Assembly (NCBI GenBank): GCA_038325595.1 | Contig: JBBQJD010000004.1 | Span: forward strand, 8,139 to 72,138 | DNA: 64,000 nucleotides | DNA from: Bacteroidales bacterium | GTDB taxonomy: Bacteria; Bacteroidota; Bacteroidia; Bacteroidales; VadinHA17 | Direction of reading: 5' to 3' | Shown here: piece by piece, positions 21,006-30,354 of the stretch | Position numbering within the stretch: position 1 is the first letter of the stretch | Layout: each line of letters starts with the position of its first letter | Notes under the pieces: model-generated | Databases searched by the model: none | Told to the model about the DNA's origin: nothing | The model's input: the letters and a program-made list of their open reading frames with translations, nothing else | Program-made: the position numbers and the translations under genes

Positions 21006-22259
21006 GTGGTCTATCTAATAAATAAGAGAAAAATAATAAATGATCCGGTATACGGATTTATCAGAATACCCGGTGAATTTATATTCGATCTGATTGAACA
21101 TCCGTATTACCAGCGGCTGAGAAATATCAAGCAGCTTGGATTAACAAGTTTCGTTTATCCCGGTGCCAATCACAGCAGGTTTCAGCATGGATTGGGAGCT
21201 TTGAGCCTTATGGATATGGCTATCAGCACTTTACATGATAAAGGTATCAGTATTTCTCCTGAAGAGGAAGAAGCTACTTTTATTGCAATACTGCTTCATG
21301 ATGCCGGACATGGACCGTTCTCACATGCCCTTGAAAATTCAATAATCAGTGGAATAACTCATGAAGATATTTCCCTTCTGTTGATGCAAAAGCTTAATGA
21401 AAAATTTAATGGGAGACTTGATCTGGCTATAGAAATATTCTCAGGTTTATATCATAAAAAATTCCTCCATGATCTTATTTCCGGCCAGATCGACATGGAC
21501 AGGCTTGATTATCTCCGGCGGGATAGTTTTTTCACAGGAGTAATTGAAGGTTCAGTCGGATCAGAGCGAATTATAAGGATGCTGAATGTTGTGGATAACA
21601 GTCTTGTCATAGAAGAAAAAGGTATTTATTCCCTAGAGAAATTTCTTATTGCCCGCCGTCTGATGTATTGGCAGGTTTATATGCACAAAACCGTTTTGTC
21701 TTCTGAAAGCCTTCTTGTTAAAGTGCTAAGCCGGGCTAAAGAGCTTGCAAATGAGGGTATTGACATCTTTACTACTCCTGCACTCAGATTCTTCCTCTAC
21801 AACAAAATTGGCCGGAAAGACTTAAAGGATGAGGGTGATTTCACCCCTGGGCTGATCGCTGATAATTTTACCAGACTCGATGATTCGGATATCCTCGTTT
21901 CTGCAAAATACTGGATTGACAGTTCGGATAATGTGCTGGCAGATCTTTCAGGCAGGTTATTAAGAAGAGATCTTCTGGCTATTGAGTTGCAAAACGTTCC
22001 TTATTCACAAAAAAGAGTAAATGAATTAAAGAAGCTTACAGGAGATTTGCTGGGAGTGGATCCTGGTCTTCAGGACTACTATGTTTTTACAAACAGTATC
22101 TCAAACATGACCTATGCCCCCGGGACTCCGGAGGTTAAAATATTACTTAAAAACGGGACAGTAGCAGATATTTCAACAGTTTCAGATATGTTTGATCCAA
22201 AATTATTGTCGGTTAAAACGACAAAATATTTTCTCTGCTATCCAAAAGAATGTCGATAA
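21006..22259 (+). CDS. HD-domain phosphohydrolase (dNTP triphosphohydrolase-like); start uncertain (GTG 21006 or TTG 20985)
   Basis: KIINDPVYG, QRLRNIKQLG, HSRFQH, LLHDAGHGPFSH, DMDRLDY, MYWQVYMHKT. Confidence 0.88.
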   Translation: MVYLINKRKIINDPVYGFIRIPGEFIFDLIEHPYYQRLRNIKQLGLTSFVYPGANHSRFQHGLGALSLMDMAISTLHDKGISISPEEEEATFIAILLHDAGHGPFSHALENSIISGITHEDISLLLMQKLNEKFNGRLDLAIEIFSGLYHKKFLHDLISGQIDMDRLDYLRRDSFFTGVIEGSVGSERIIRMLNVVDNSLVIEEKGIYSLEKFLIARRLMYWQVYMHKTVLSSESLLVKVLSRAKELANEGIDIFTTPALRFFLYNKIGRKDLKDEGDFTPGLIADNFTRLDDSDILVSAKYWIDSSDNVLADLSGRLLRRDLLAIELQNVPYSQKRVNELKKLTGDLLGVDPGLQDYYVFTNSISNMTYAPGTPEVKILLKNGTVADISTVSDMFDPKLLSVKTTKYFLCYPKECR

Positions 22260-22272
22260 TAAATAAATTATA

Positions 22273-23310
22273 ATGGAATTTACTGCTGCAGCAATAGCTT
22301 CATTTTTAAAAGGTGAAATAGAAGGCAATCCTGAAGTAAAAGTTAATACGGTAGCCAAAATTGAAGAAGGCCATGAAGGAGCTCTATCCTTCCTTGCGAA
22401 TCCCAAATACGAACATTATGTATACTCCACGAAATCATCAATAGTATTGGTTAACAAGACCTTTGTGCCATCTGAGAAAATTAATGCTACATTGATCAAA
22501 GTGGAAAATGCGTATGAATCATTTGCGTCTCTTCTCAGACTGGTTGATCAGGCAAGGCCTGGAAAGAAAGGCATTCATCCACAGGCAATTATCGAATCTA
22601 CTGCAAAGATAGGTTCTGATGCGTATGTCGGACCATTTGTTTATATAGGAGAGAACTGCAACATTGGTGAAGGATGCTCGTTGTATCCCAATGTTTATAT
22701 TGGTGATAATACACAGCTTGGCAATAACTGCACGCTTAATCCGGGTGTAACGATCTATCACGACTGTGTAATCGGGAATGGTTGTATCATACATGCCGGC
22801 TCTGTTATTGGAAGCGATGGGTTCGGGTTCGCACCCCAGTCTGAAAATGAATACATGAAAATACCACAGCTAGGAAATGTTGTACTGGAAGATAATGTTG
22901 AGATTGGAGCTAATGTAACCATTGATCGTGCAACAATGGGATCGACTGTAATCCGCAAAGGGGTTAAGCTTGACAACCTAATACAGATCGGACACAATGT
23001 GGAAGTTGGCGGCAATACTGTCATGGCAGCACAGACAGGCATTGCAGGATCAACAAAAGTCGGAAAAAATTGCATGTTTGGAGGTCAGGTTGGACTGGCA
23101 GGACATATAAAGATTGCTGATGGAACGAAAATCGGGGCACAGGCCGGAATACTCGGTGATGTCAAAGAAGAGAATACTGTGATTCTCGGATCACCTGCTA
23201 TTGATTATAAACAATTTTTGAAATCTTCAGTGGTTTTCAGGAAGTTGCCTGAACTGAAATCGAAAGTTGATAAGATTGAAAAAGAGGTGGAAGTTCTGAA
23301 AAAGAAGTAG
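22273..23310 (+). CDS. lpxD: UDP-3-O-acylglucosamine N-acyltransferase
   Basis: FLANPKY, hexapeptide repeats, [26 protein letters not shown]. Confidence 0.96.
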   Translation: MEFTAAAIASFLKGEIEGNPEVKVNTVAKIEEGHEGALSFLANPKYEHYVYSTKSSIVLVNKTFVPSEKINATLIKVENAYESFASLLRLVDQARPGKKGIHPQAIIESTAKIGSDAYVGPFVYIGENCNIGEGCSLYPNVYIGDNTQLGNNCTLNPGVTIYHDCVIGNGCIIHAGSVIGSDGFGFAPQSENEYMKIPQLGNVVLEDNVEIGANVTIDRATMGSTVIRKGVKLDNLIQIGHNVEVGGNTVMAAQTGIAGSTKVGKNCMFGGQVGLAGHIKIADGTKIGAQAGILGDVKEENTVILGSPAIDYKQFLKSSVVFRKLPELKSKVDKIEKEVEVLKKK

Positions 23311-23431
23311 CTTTATATTCCGGTCGGGCATGAATATACTGCTGCTCCATGTTTTATAGCAATGTTTATTGGATTGTTCGAAATATTTTTGTTTGTTTTG
23401 CAACGTAAATTATTATAAATATCTGACATTA

Positions 23432-24826
23432 ATGAGTGAGAAACAAAGGACGCTTGCAAAAGAAGTAAGTCTTTCCGGAAAAGGTTTGCATACAGGAATT
23501 CCTGTTACAATAACATTTAAACCGGCTCCGGTAAATCACGGCTACAAATTTTGCAGAGTTGACCTGGCGGGGAAACCAATTATTGATGCACTTGCAGAAC
23601 ATGTTACTGATACATCACGCGGAACAACGCTGGTGCAAAACAATGCTTCCGTCTCAACAATAGAACACGTACTTGCTGCATTTCATGGTTTGAGAGTTGA
23701 TAACGTCCTGATAGAAATGGATGGACCAGAAGCTCCAATTATGGGAGGCGCTTCCTGGAAATTTGTCGAAGCAATCAAAAGTGCAGGTTTTGAAGAGCAG
23801 AAAGAAGACAGGAATTATTTTGTAGTTAAGCAGAAGATCACGTTTTCGGATGAAGAGCATGGAGTAGATCTTATTGTTTATCCCGATGACCATTTCAGCA
23901 TAAATGTTCTTATTGATTATAATTCAAAGATACTGGGTAACCAGTATGCAATTCTTGATTCCATTGAGGATTTTGAAACGGAAATAAGCAAAAGCCGGAC
24001 ATTCGTCTTTTTTCATGAGCTTGAACCTCTTTTTAAGGCTGGACTAATTAAGGGCGGCGATCTCGACATAGCAATTGTCATCCTCGAGCGTGAGGTTGAA
24101 CAAGAAGAAATTGACCGTATTGCAAAGCTGTTTAATCGTCCCGGTATCAGCACGCATAAAGCCGGTGTATTGAATAACACTGAGTTACGTTACCCGAATG
24201 AGCCTGCACGGCATAAGCTCCTCGATATTATGGGCGATCTTGCTCTTGTTGGTCATCCGATTAAAGGCAAAGTTGTTGCTACCAGGCCCGGACATGCCGC
24301 AAATACAAAGCTTGCAAGGCTTATTCGTCAGGAAATGAAAAAAGCCATTTCAAAACTTGATATTCCTTTATACGATCCTTCCCAGCCTCCCGTATTCAAC
24401 GTGGAAGACATAAAGAAACGCCTGCCGCACAGATCACCTTTTTTACTGGTGGATAAGATCATCTCACTCGATGATACCTCAATAGTAGGAATCAAAAATG
24501 TGACCTTCAATGAAACATTCTTCCAGGGACATTTCCCGGATGAACCTATTATGCCGGGTGTATTACTTGTGGAAGCCCTTGCTCAGACCGGAGGTTTGCT
24601 TATTCTTAGCACCTTTGAAGATCCTGAAAAATATTCAACATATTTTCTTAAAATTGATAAGCTTAAGTTCAAACAGAAAGTTGTTCCCGGAGATACCGTA
24701 ATACTGAAAATGGAACTGGTTGATGTGATCAGGAGAGGGATTGTAACCATGTTCGGACAGGCTTTTGTTGGAAACAAGCTTGTTCTGGAAGGTGAAATGA
24801 CAGCTCAGGTCGTAAAAAATAAATAA
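23432..24826 (+). CDS. lpxC: Bifunctional UDP-3-O-acyl-GlcNAc deacetylase / 3-hydroxyacyl-ACP dehydratase (LpxC-FabZ fusion)
   Basis: KQRTL..G.GLHTG, TIEH and RHKLLD (LpxC) followed by LPHRSPFLLVD and FFQGHFP..PIMPGV (FabZ). ATG 23432 preferred over TTG 23369. Confidence 0.95.
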   Translation: MSEKQRTLAKEVSLSGKGLHTGIPVTITFKPAPVNHGYKFCRVDLAGKPIIDALAEHVTDTSRGTTLVQNNASVSTIEHVLAAFHGLRVDNVLIEMDGPEAPIMGGASWKFVEAIKSAGFEEQKEDRNYFVVKQKITFSDEEHGVDLIVYPDDHFSINVLIDYNSKILGNQYAILDSIEDFETEISKSRTFVFFHELEPLFKAGLIKGGDLDIAIVILEREVEQEEIDRIAKLFNRPGISTHKAGVLNNTELRYPNEPARHKLLDIMGDLALVGHPIKGKVVATRPGHAANTKLARLIRQEMKKAISKLDIPLYDPSQPPVFNVEDIKKRLPHRSPFLLVDKIISLDDTSIVGIKNVTFNETFFQGHFPDEPIMPGVLLVEALAQTGGLLILSTFEDPEKYSTYFLKIDKLKFKQKVVPGDTVILKMELVDVIRRGIVTMFGQAFVGNKLVLEGEMTAQVVKNK

Positions 24827-24833
24827 TACCTTA

Positions 24834-25607
24834 ATGATCTCAAAATTAGCTTTTGTCCATCCTGATGCAATAATTGGTGAAAATGTTATAATAGAACCCT
24901 TTGCCTATATTGCAGGAAATGTTGTCATCGGTGATGGTACATGGATCGGTCCTAATTCAGTTGTAATGGATGGTGCCAGGATAGGGAAGGAATGCAAAAT
25001 ATTTCCTTCGGCTGTTGTATCAGGCATCCCTCAGGATCTTAAGTTTAATGGAGAAGAAACAACTGCGGAAATTGGAAACAGGACGACTATCCGTGAAGGA
25101 GTGACGGTAAACAGGGGAACTGCAGCGTCCGGGAGAACAGTTATTGGCGATAATTGCCTTCTGATGGCTTACTGTCACGTCGGTCATGATTGCAACATTG
25201 GAAATAACTGCATCATTGGAAATACAACAGGTCTGGCAGGAGAGGTAGTTGTTCATGACTGGGCAATCCTGAGTGGCGGCACACTTGTTCACCAGTTTAC
25301 ACATATTGGTGCCCATGTTATTATCGGTGGAGGTTCAAAGGTAAGGATTGATGTACCACCGTTTATCAAAGCTGACCGCGATCCATTGTCGTACCTTGGA
25401 TTAAACACTGTAGGACTTACAAGAAGAGGCTTTGTAAAAGAACGAATTGATGAAATTCATAATATATACCGTGCTATATATCAAGCGGGTATGAATACCT
25501 CCAGGGGACTTGAATATGTAGAGAAAGAGTTCAGGTCATCACCTGACCGGGATTATATTCTTGACTTTATAAGAAAATCGGAGAGAGGTATAATCAGGGC
25601 CCGGTAG
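24834..25607 (+). CDS. lpxA: Acyl-ACP--UDP-N-acetylglucosamine O-acyltransferase
   Basis: Hexapeptide repeats, PQDLKF, IREGVTVNRGT, HVGHDC, VHQF. Confidence 0.96.
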   Translation: MISKLAFVHPDAIIGENVIIEPFAYIAGNVVIGDGTWIGPNSVVMDGARIGKECKIFPSAVVSGIPQDLKFNGEETTAEIGNRTTIREGVTVNRGTAASGRTVIGDNCLLMAYCHVGHDCNIGNNCIIGNTTGLAGEVVVHDWAILSGGTLVHQFTHIGAHVIIGGGSKVRIDVPPFIKADRDPLSYLGLNTVGLTRRGFVKERIDEIHNIYRAIYQAGMNTSRGLEYVEKEFRSSPDRDYILDFIRKSERGIIRAR

Positions 25608-25612
25608 ATTAA

Positions 25613-25697
25613 TTAGAATTGAACATTCGAACATTCGAATTAAGAATTAAGAACTTCGCTATTCTGATTTCGTTTTTTCTTCATTCGTTTGTTCGAT
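25613..25697. repeat. Short degenerate 7-8 bp repeats (GAACATTC, GAATTAA, TTCGTTT-like)
   Basis: TTAGAATT-GAACATTC-GAACATTC-GAATTAA-GAATTAA-GAACTTC in the lpxA/thiL convergent gap. Confidence 0.55.
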
Positions 25698-26735
25698 TTA
25701 TTTTTGAGAGCCCCATCCCTGTGCAGTAAGCTTTACCTCGGAACCATCATCCCCTGCAATAAAGCATCCCGAATCTTCAGATGTCATGTGACCAATAACT
25801 TTTACGGAACCAATCAGCTTGATTTTTTCAAATGAATCGAGCGCAACCGTAAAAAGCAATTCATAATCCTCCCCGCCATTGAGCGCGGGAATCATTGGAT
25901 CAACATTGAATTCTTCAGCAAGCCTTGAGGTTTCATAATCAATAGGTACTTTACTGTAGAATATCCTGCATCCCGTGTTTGACGATTTACATAAACTAAG
26001 AAGATCGGAAGACAGGCCATCAGTAACATCAATCATTGAAGTTGGAATAATTCCTGAACTTGCCAGTTCTGTTAATACTTTAACAGGAAACTCAGGCTTC
26101 AACTGTCTTCCTATGGCATAATCATAACCTGTGAGGTCAGGTTGTGTGACTTTTTCTTTTTCAAACAATATCCGTTCCCTTTCCAGGAGCTGAAGGCCCA
26201 TAAAAGATGCGCCAAAGTTGCCTGTTACACATATAAGATCATTTGCCCTGGCACCATCTCTCCTGATCAGCCTGTCCTTATCAACCGAACCCGCTGCAGT
26301 TACTCCTATTGTCAATCCGGTCAGCGAGCTGGATGTATCCCCGCCTGCCAGATCCACCTTGTAGTTTTCACACGCAATATGAATGCCTTCATAAATCTCT
26401 TCAATCTGCTCCACAGAAAACCTTGAGCTTATTCCAAGAGAAATGAAAATTTGTCCGGGAGTACCATTCATAGCATAAATATCTGATATAGCTCTTATAA
26501 CTGCTTTGTAGCCAAGATGTTTAAGCGGCGTATATACCAGGTTGAAATGAATACCCTCCAGAAGGAGATCAGTTGATATCAGGGTAAGATTCTTTCCTGA
26601 ATCAATGACGGCAGCATCATCACCTATCCCCGTTATGGTTGTGCTGTTTTTGTGCGCAGCTTTTTTTGCAAGCAGATTAATAAGGCCGAATTTGCCTAAT
26701 TCACTTATAGGAGTCTTTTTATTCTCACTTTCCAT
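25698..26735 (-). CDS. thiL: Thiamine-monophosphate kinase
   Basis: GIGDDAAV, TDLLLEGIHF, SDIYAMNG, GGDT, IDVTDGL, GGEDYELLFT. Confidence 0.95.
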   Translation of the reverse strand: MESENKKTPISELGKFGLINLLAKKAAHKNSTTITGIGDDAAVIDSGKNLTLISTDLLLEGIHFNLVYTPLKHLGYKAVIRAISDIYAMNGTPGQIFISLGISSRFSVEQIEEIYEGIHIACENYKVDLAGGDTSSSLTGLTIGVTAAGSVDKDRLIRRDGARANDLICVTGNFGASFMGLQLLERERILFEKEKVTQPDLTGYDYAIGRQLKPEFPVKVLTELASSGIIPTSMIDVTDGLSSDLLSLCKSSNTGCRIFYSKVPIDYETSRLAEEFNVDPMIPALNGGEDYELLFTVALDSFEKIKLIGSVKVIGHMTSEDSGCFIAGDDGSEVKLTAQGWGSQK

Positions 26736-26767
26736 TAAAAATCTGTTTTTAATTTCTTTTACAACAG

Positions 26768-27047
26768 AGTCTCTCAGTCTCTCAGTCTCTTAGTCTCTTT
26801 GTCTCTTCGTCCCTTCGTCTATTCGTCCCTCCGTCCCTTCATCTCTTCGTTCCTTCGTCTATTCGTCCCTCCGTCCCTTCGTCCCTCCGTCCCTTCGTCC
26901 CTCCGTCTCTTCGTTCCTTCGTCCCTTCGTCCCTCCGTCCCTTCATCTCTTCGTCCCTCCGTCCCTTCATCTCTTCATCTCTTCGTCCCTCCGTCTCTTC
27001 GTTCCTTCGTCCCTTCGTCCCTCCGTCCCTTCATCCCTTCGTCCCTT
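26768..27047. repeat. Tandem octamer array, 35 units, consensus CGTCYCTY
   Basis: 280 bp reads in an unbroken 8-nt register: AGTCTCTC x2, AGTCTCTT x2, TGTCTCTT, then 30 CGTCCCTT/CGTCCCTC/CATCTCTT/CGTTCCTT-type units. Confidence 0.95.
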
Positions 27048-27066
27048 TGACTCGTCCTCCTCATTC

Positions 27067-27441
27067 TTACGAACTTACAATATCTCTTCCAAACGGACTC
27101 AAAGCAATTGCGGTTAGCTTGAAATGCTGTAGTCCGAAGGGAATACCTATTATTGTTATACACAAAATCAGTCCGAATATTGCATGTGTGACAGCAATCC
27201 ACAATCCTCCTGTCAGAAGCCACAATACATTCATTAAAATATAAAGGCATCCGGATGATCGTGAATGCATCTTTGTTTCTCTTCCGAAAGGCCAGAGTGC
27301 GAGGGAAGCCATTTTCAGAGTTTGGATGCCAAAAGGAATACCTATAATTGTGATCACAAGCACCAGGCTTCCGATAAAATACTGTACAGCTATTATAATA
27401 CCTCCAAAAATCAGCCAGATAAGATTTCCCAGTATATTCAT
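27067..27441 (-). CDS. YccF-domain inner membrane protein
   Basis: LGNLIWLIFGG and a duplicated ITIIGIPFG...LWPFG / LSPFG motif. ATG 27441 lies just after the upstream gene's stop. Confidence 0.9.
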   Translation of the reverse strand: MNILGNLIWLIFGGIIIAVQYFIGSLVLVITIIGIPFGIQTLKMASLALWPFGRETKMHSRSSGCLYILMNVLWLLTGGLWIAVTHAIFGLILCITIIGIPFGLQHFKLTAIALSPFGRDIVSS

Positions 27442-27451
27442 TCTTTGACTT

Positions 27452-29077
27452 TTATTCCAGGACAACTGATTTGTCCTTCGGATATTTAACTGAATAGGTG
27501 AGCACAACCTGCTTTGTTTCCTGGGGCTTTAATTCGAGATCCCATTTGATTTCTCCCGTCTGGATATTGTGCCTGCCTCCCGATAATTCAACCGGATCGA
27601 CTGATATACCGCTGTTTGAAGATACGGGTATCTGATCATCAAGCGTGATTTTAACAGGAGCAGTTTTATTATTCCTTATTGTAGTGAGAAAAGAAAAGGT
27701 TTCGGTTTTATTTGTTCCTATTACTTTTTTGCTTGTGAAATCGGTTCGTTTCTCCCTTTTTACGAGGATGCTGTTATCATTTCCCAGGGAAAGCAGGAGA
27801 GTATCGGTAAGCTGATTGACATTCAGGTTTGATTTGCTTACAAAAGAGTTTTCAAAATAAAGGGTTGCCTCGCCATTCTGCAGGCTTAGTTTCGACCAGT
27901 CGGCAACATTTGCTGTGAGATATGCCAGAGTTGATAATTTGGGAAGCGTAACATATTTATAATCTGCGGGTGCTGTGAGACGCTGAATTTCTATTGTCTG
28001 AATTTTTCCATCTGAAGGGATAGTATTTGGAATATTTACGTCAAAAGTGATTGTTGTTGTTCCGATCTGTTTTTCAACCATAACCGGAACGGCTTCTTCC
28101 TGAAAAAATTCTTCGGCTTTCTTTTCCTTTGATGCATCCATGCTTTCTGCCCTCATTGGTGCATTATTAATTGAGACACCCGCAACTCTTCCTGAAAGTG
28201 CCCTGAGTACCGGGGTATAATAATCAATGAACCATGGGTATAATACAGGTATATTGCCAGATATCCAGGGTGTTGCGTTTGAAAAACTTAGCCTTACATC
28301 TTTCCATGCAACTCCTGAGTTCTGATATACATTTGCCTTATAGAAAATTGTAACAGGATTTTTAATATCCTGTACCCTTATATCGTATGAAGGGTACCAT
28401 CCCGCATTACCTGCGACATAACTGAATAATAATTTTCCAGTAAGTTGTTTATCTGAACTAACGGTAACCGATATTTCACCTGAGGGCAATTGTTGCCTGC
28501 TCATCTTGTTATTTACCTGCTGCTGAAGAGCTTCTATCTGCTTTTCATATTCTTTGATCAGCCTTGTCTTCTTCAGTGTTGTCATTGTGACCTGATCCAT
28601 ATTTGCAGTATACAAGTCAATAATGCTTCTGATTTGTTCCGGGGTGAGTGTTGTTTCCTTCACAAGAATAGCCCTGTTTGCAACAAGAAATGCCTCTTTT
28701 TCCTTCAGAATGCTTATTGCAGCCTTCTCATCTTCTACTTTTATCTGGAGAGCTTCTATCTGGCTTCTTATATTTTTTAATTCAGGGGCATCTTCAAGAT
28801 TCTCAAGATAATTATTCTGATGGTTGACTGAAAGGATAGTGAACTCTCCGAATCCTTTTACCTGAACGCTCTGCGCATCAATATAAGGTGAGAGTTCAGA
28901 GAGCTTAAGTATGGTTTTACCAGCTGGAAGCGATATTTGTGCCTCATGTTCTATCTGAGCCCTGTCGGGAAAAACAGTTATATGATTTATTTCGGCTTTT
29001 ATATCTCTGGATACCTGAGCATTGGAATATGCTGCATATGATAAAATCAATCCTGATATAATTAGAAGCTTTTTCAT
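27452..29077 (-). CDS. DUF4140/DUF4139 (mucoidy inhibitor MuiA-like) exported protein
   Basis: Signal peptide, ITVFPDRAQI, coiled coil, AGWYPSYDIR, VYQNSG..W, DQIPVS, C-terminal YSVKYPK. Confidence 0.85.
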   Translation of the reverse strand: MKKLLIISGLILSYAAYSNAQVSRDIKAEINHITVFPDRAQIEHEAQISLPAGKTILKLSELSPYIDAQSVQVKGFGEFTILSVNHQNNYLENLEDAPELKNIRSQIEALQIKVEDEKAAISILKEKEAFLVANRAILVKETTLTPEQIRSIIDLYTANMDQVTMTTLKKTRLIKEYEKQIEALQQQVNNKMSRQQLPSGEISVTVSSDKQLTGKLLFSYVAGNAGWYPSYDIRVQDIKNPVTIFYKANVYQNSGVAWKDVRLSFSNATPWISGNIPVLYPWFIDYYTPVLRALSGRVAGVSINNAPMRAESMDASKEKKAEEFFQEEAVPVMVEKQIGTTTITFDVNIPNTIPSDGKIQTIEIQRLTAPADYKYVTLPKLSTLAYLTANVADWSKLSLQNGEATLYFENSFVSKSNLNVNQLTDTLLLSLGNDNSILVKREKRTDFTSKKVIGTNKTETFSFLTTIRNNKTAPVKITLDDQIPVSSNSGISVDPVELSGGRHNIQTGEIKWDLELKPQETKQVVLTYSVKYPKDKSVVLE

Positions 29078-29244
29078 AATTAAGTTTTAATATGGCTTGT
29101 CTAAGTTAATATTTTTTTGATTCCCGGGATTTAAGCCCGGTAAAGGGTCACTAAAACATATTCTGGCTTTAATATATGTTAAATATTGGTTTTTCCGTGA
29201 ATGAACCATATTATAAGGTACCTTTGAATAAATTTATTTATCAT

Positions 29245-30333
29245 ATGAATGTATTAAGAATAGGGAATCTTGAAATAGTAGTTCCTATTATCCAGGGTGG
29301 TATGGGTGTAGGTATTTCTTTGTCGGGACTTGCTTCTGCAGTTGCCAATGAAGGCGGTGCAGGCGTCATTTCAAGCGCAGGCCTCGGCTTGTTGTACAAA
29401 GAATTTTCAAAAGATTTCCTCGAAGCCAGCATCTACGGACTAAAAGAAGAGATCAGGAAAGCACGGGAAAAAACACTCGGAGTTATTGGGGTGAATGTCA
29501 TGGTTGCTATGACAAATTTCACAGATATGATCAAAACGGCCATTGCTGAAAAGGTTGATCTCATTACAGCAGGGGCAGGACTTCCTCTCGATTTGCCTTC
29601 ATTCCTGAAAAAAGACAGTATTACCAAGTTGGTTCCGATAGTATCTTCCGCAAGAGCTACCAGAATTATCTGTGAAAAATGGAAAGCCAATTATGATTAC
29701 CTCCCGGATGCTGTTATTGTAGAGGGACCCAAAGCAGGAGGACACCTTGGTTTTAAGGAGGAGCAGATAACTGATAATGATTATTCTCTTGAAACGCTTG
29801 TTCCGGAAATTGTCAGGGAACTTAAAACATTTGAAGATAAATACGATATAAAAATTCCGCTTATTGCAGCAGGAGGCATTTATACTGGTGAAGATATACG
29901 GAAAATAATTGAGCTGGGCGCTTCAGGTGTTCAGATGGGAACCAGATTTGTAACTACTGATGAATGTGATGCTTCAGCAGCGTTTAAGCAGGCTTATATA
30001 GATGCTGAGAGTAAAGATATTGAAATTATCAGAAGCCCTGTTGGTATGCCGGGTCGTGCAATTCTCAGCAATTTCATCACCAAGGTGCGTGAGGGTAAAA
30101 AGCAGCCCAAAAAATGCTCTTTCAAGTGTATCAAAACATGTGATATATCGAAGAGCCCTTACTGTATAATCGTTGCACTGATCAATGCACTCAAGGGTAA
30201 TTTTGAAAATGGTTATGCTTTTGCAGGCGCAAATGCTTTCCGAGCGACAAAAATCTATTCGGTAAAAGAGACCTTTCAATCTCTAATTAAGGAATATAAA
30301 GAGAGCAAGAAAGAAATACTGTCAATAAAATAG
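29245..30333 (+). CDS. Nitronate monooxygenase / FabK-like flavin oxidoreductase
   Basis: PIIQGGMGVGIS, GAGLP, VEGPKAGGHLG, AAGGI, GVQMGTRF. ATG 29245 follows a TACCTTTG element. Confidence 0.88.
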   Translation: MNVLRIGNLEIVVPIIQGGMGVGISLSGLASAVANEGGAGVISSAGLGLLYKEFSKDFLEASIYGLKEEIRKAREKTLGVIGVNVMVAMTNFTDMIKTAIAEKVDLITAGAGLPLDLPSFLKKDSITKLVPIVSSARATRIICEKWKANYDYLPDAVIVEGPKAGGHLGFKEEQITDNDYSLETLVPEIVRELKTFEDKYDIKIPLIAAGGIYTGEDIRKIIELGASGVQMGTRFVTTDECDASAAFKQAYIDAESKDIEIIRSPVGMPGRAILSNFITKVREGKKQPKKCSFKCIKTCDISKSPYCIIVALINALKGNFENGYAFAGANAFRATKIYSVKETFQSLIKEYKESKKEILSIK

Positions 30334-30354
30334 AAGACAGGGTTTAAAATAGTC

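Noticed and set aside
23432-24826. LpxC-FabZ fusion as a novelty
   Set aside because: This fusion is a well-known, normal feature of Bacteroidota.
26768-27047. Possible CRISPR array
   Set aside because: Units are 8 bp and contiguous with no unique spacers, and there are no cas genes in the window.
26799-27050. 83-aa S/P/L/R-rich ORF (and the antisense ORF 26975-27250)
   Set aside because: These are translations of the 8-bp array or overlap yccF. They have no independent coding signal.
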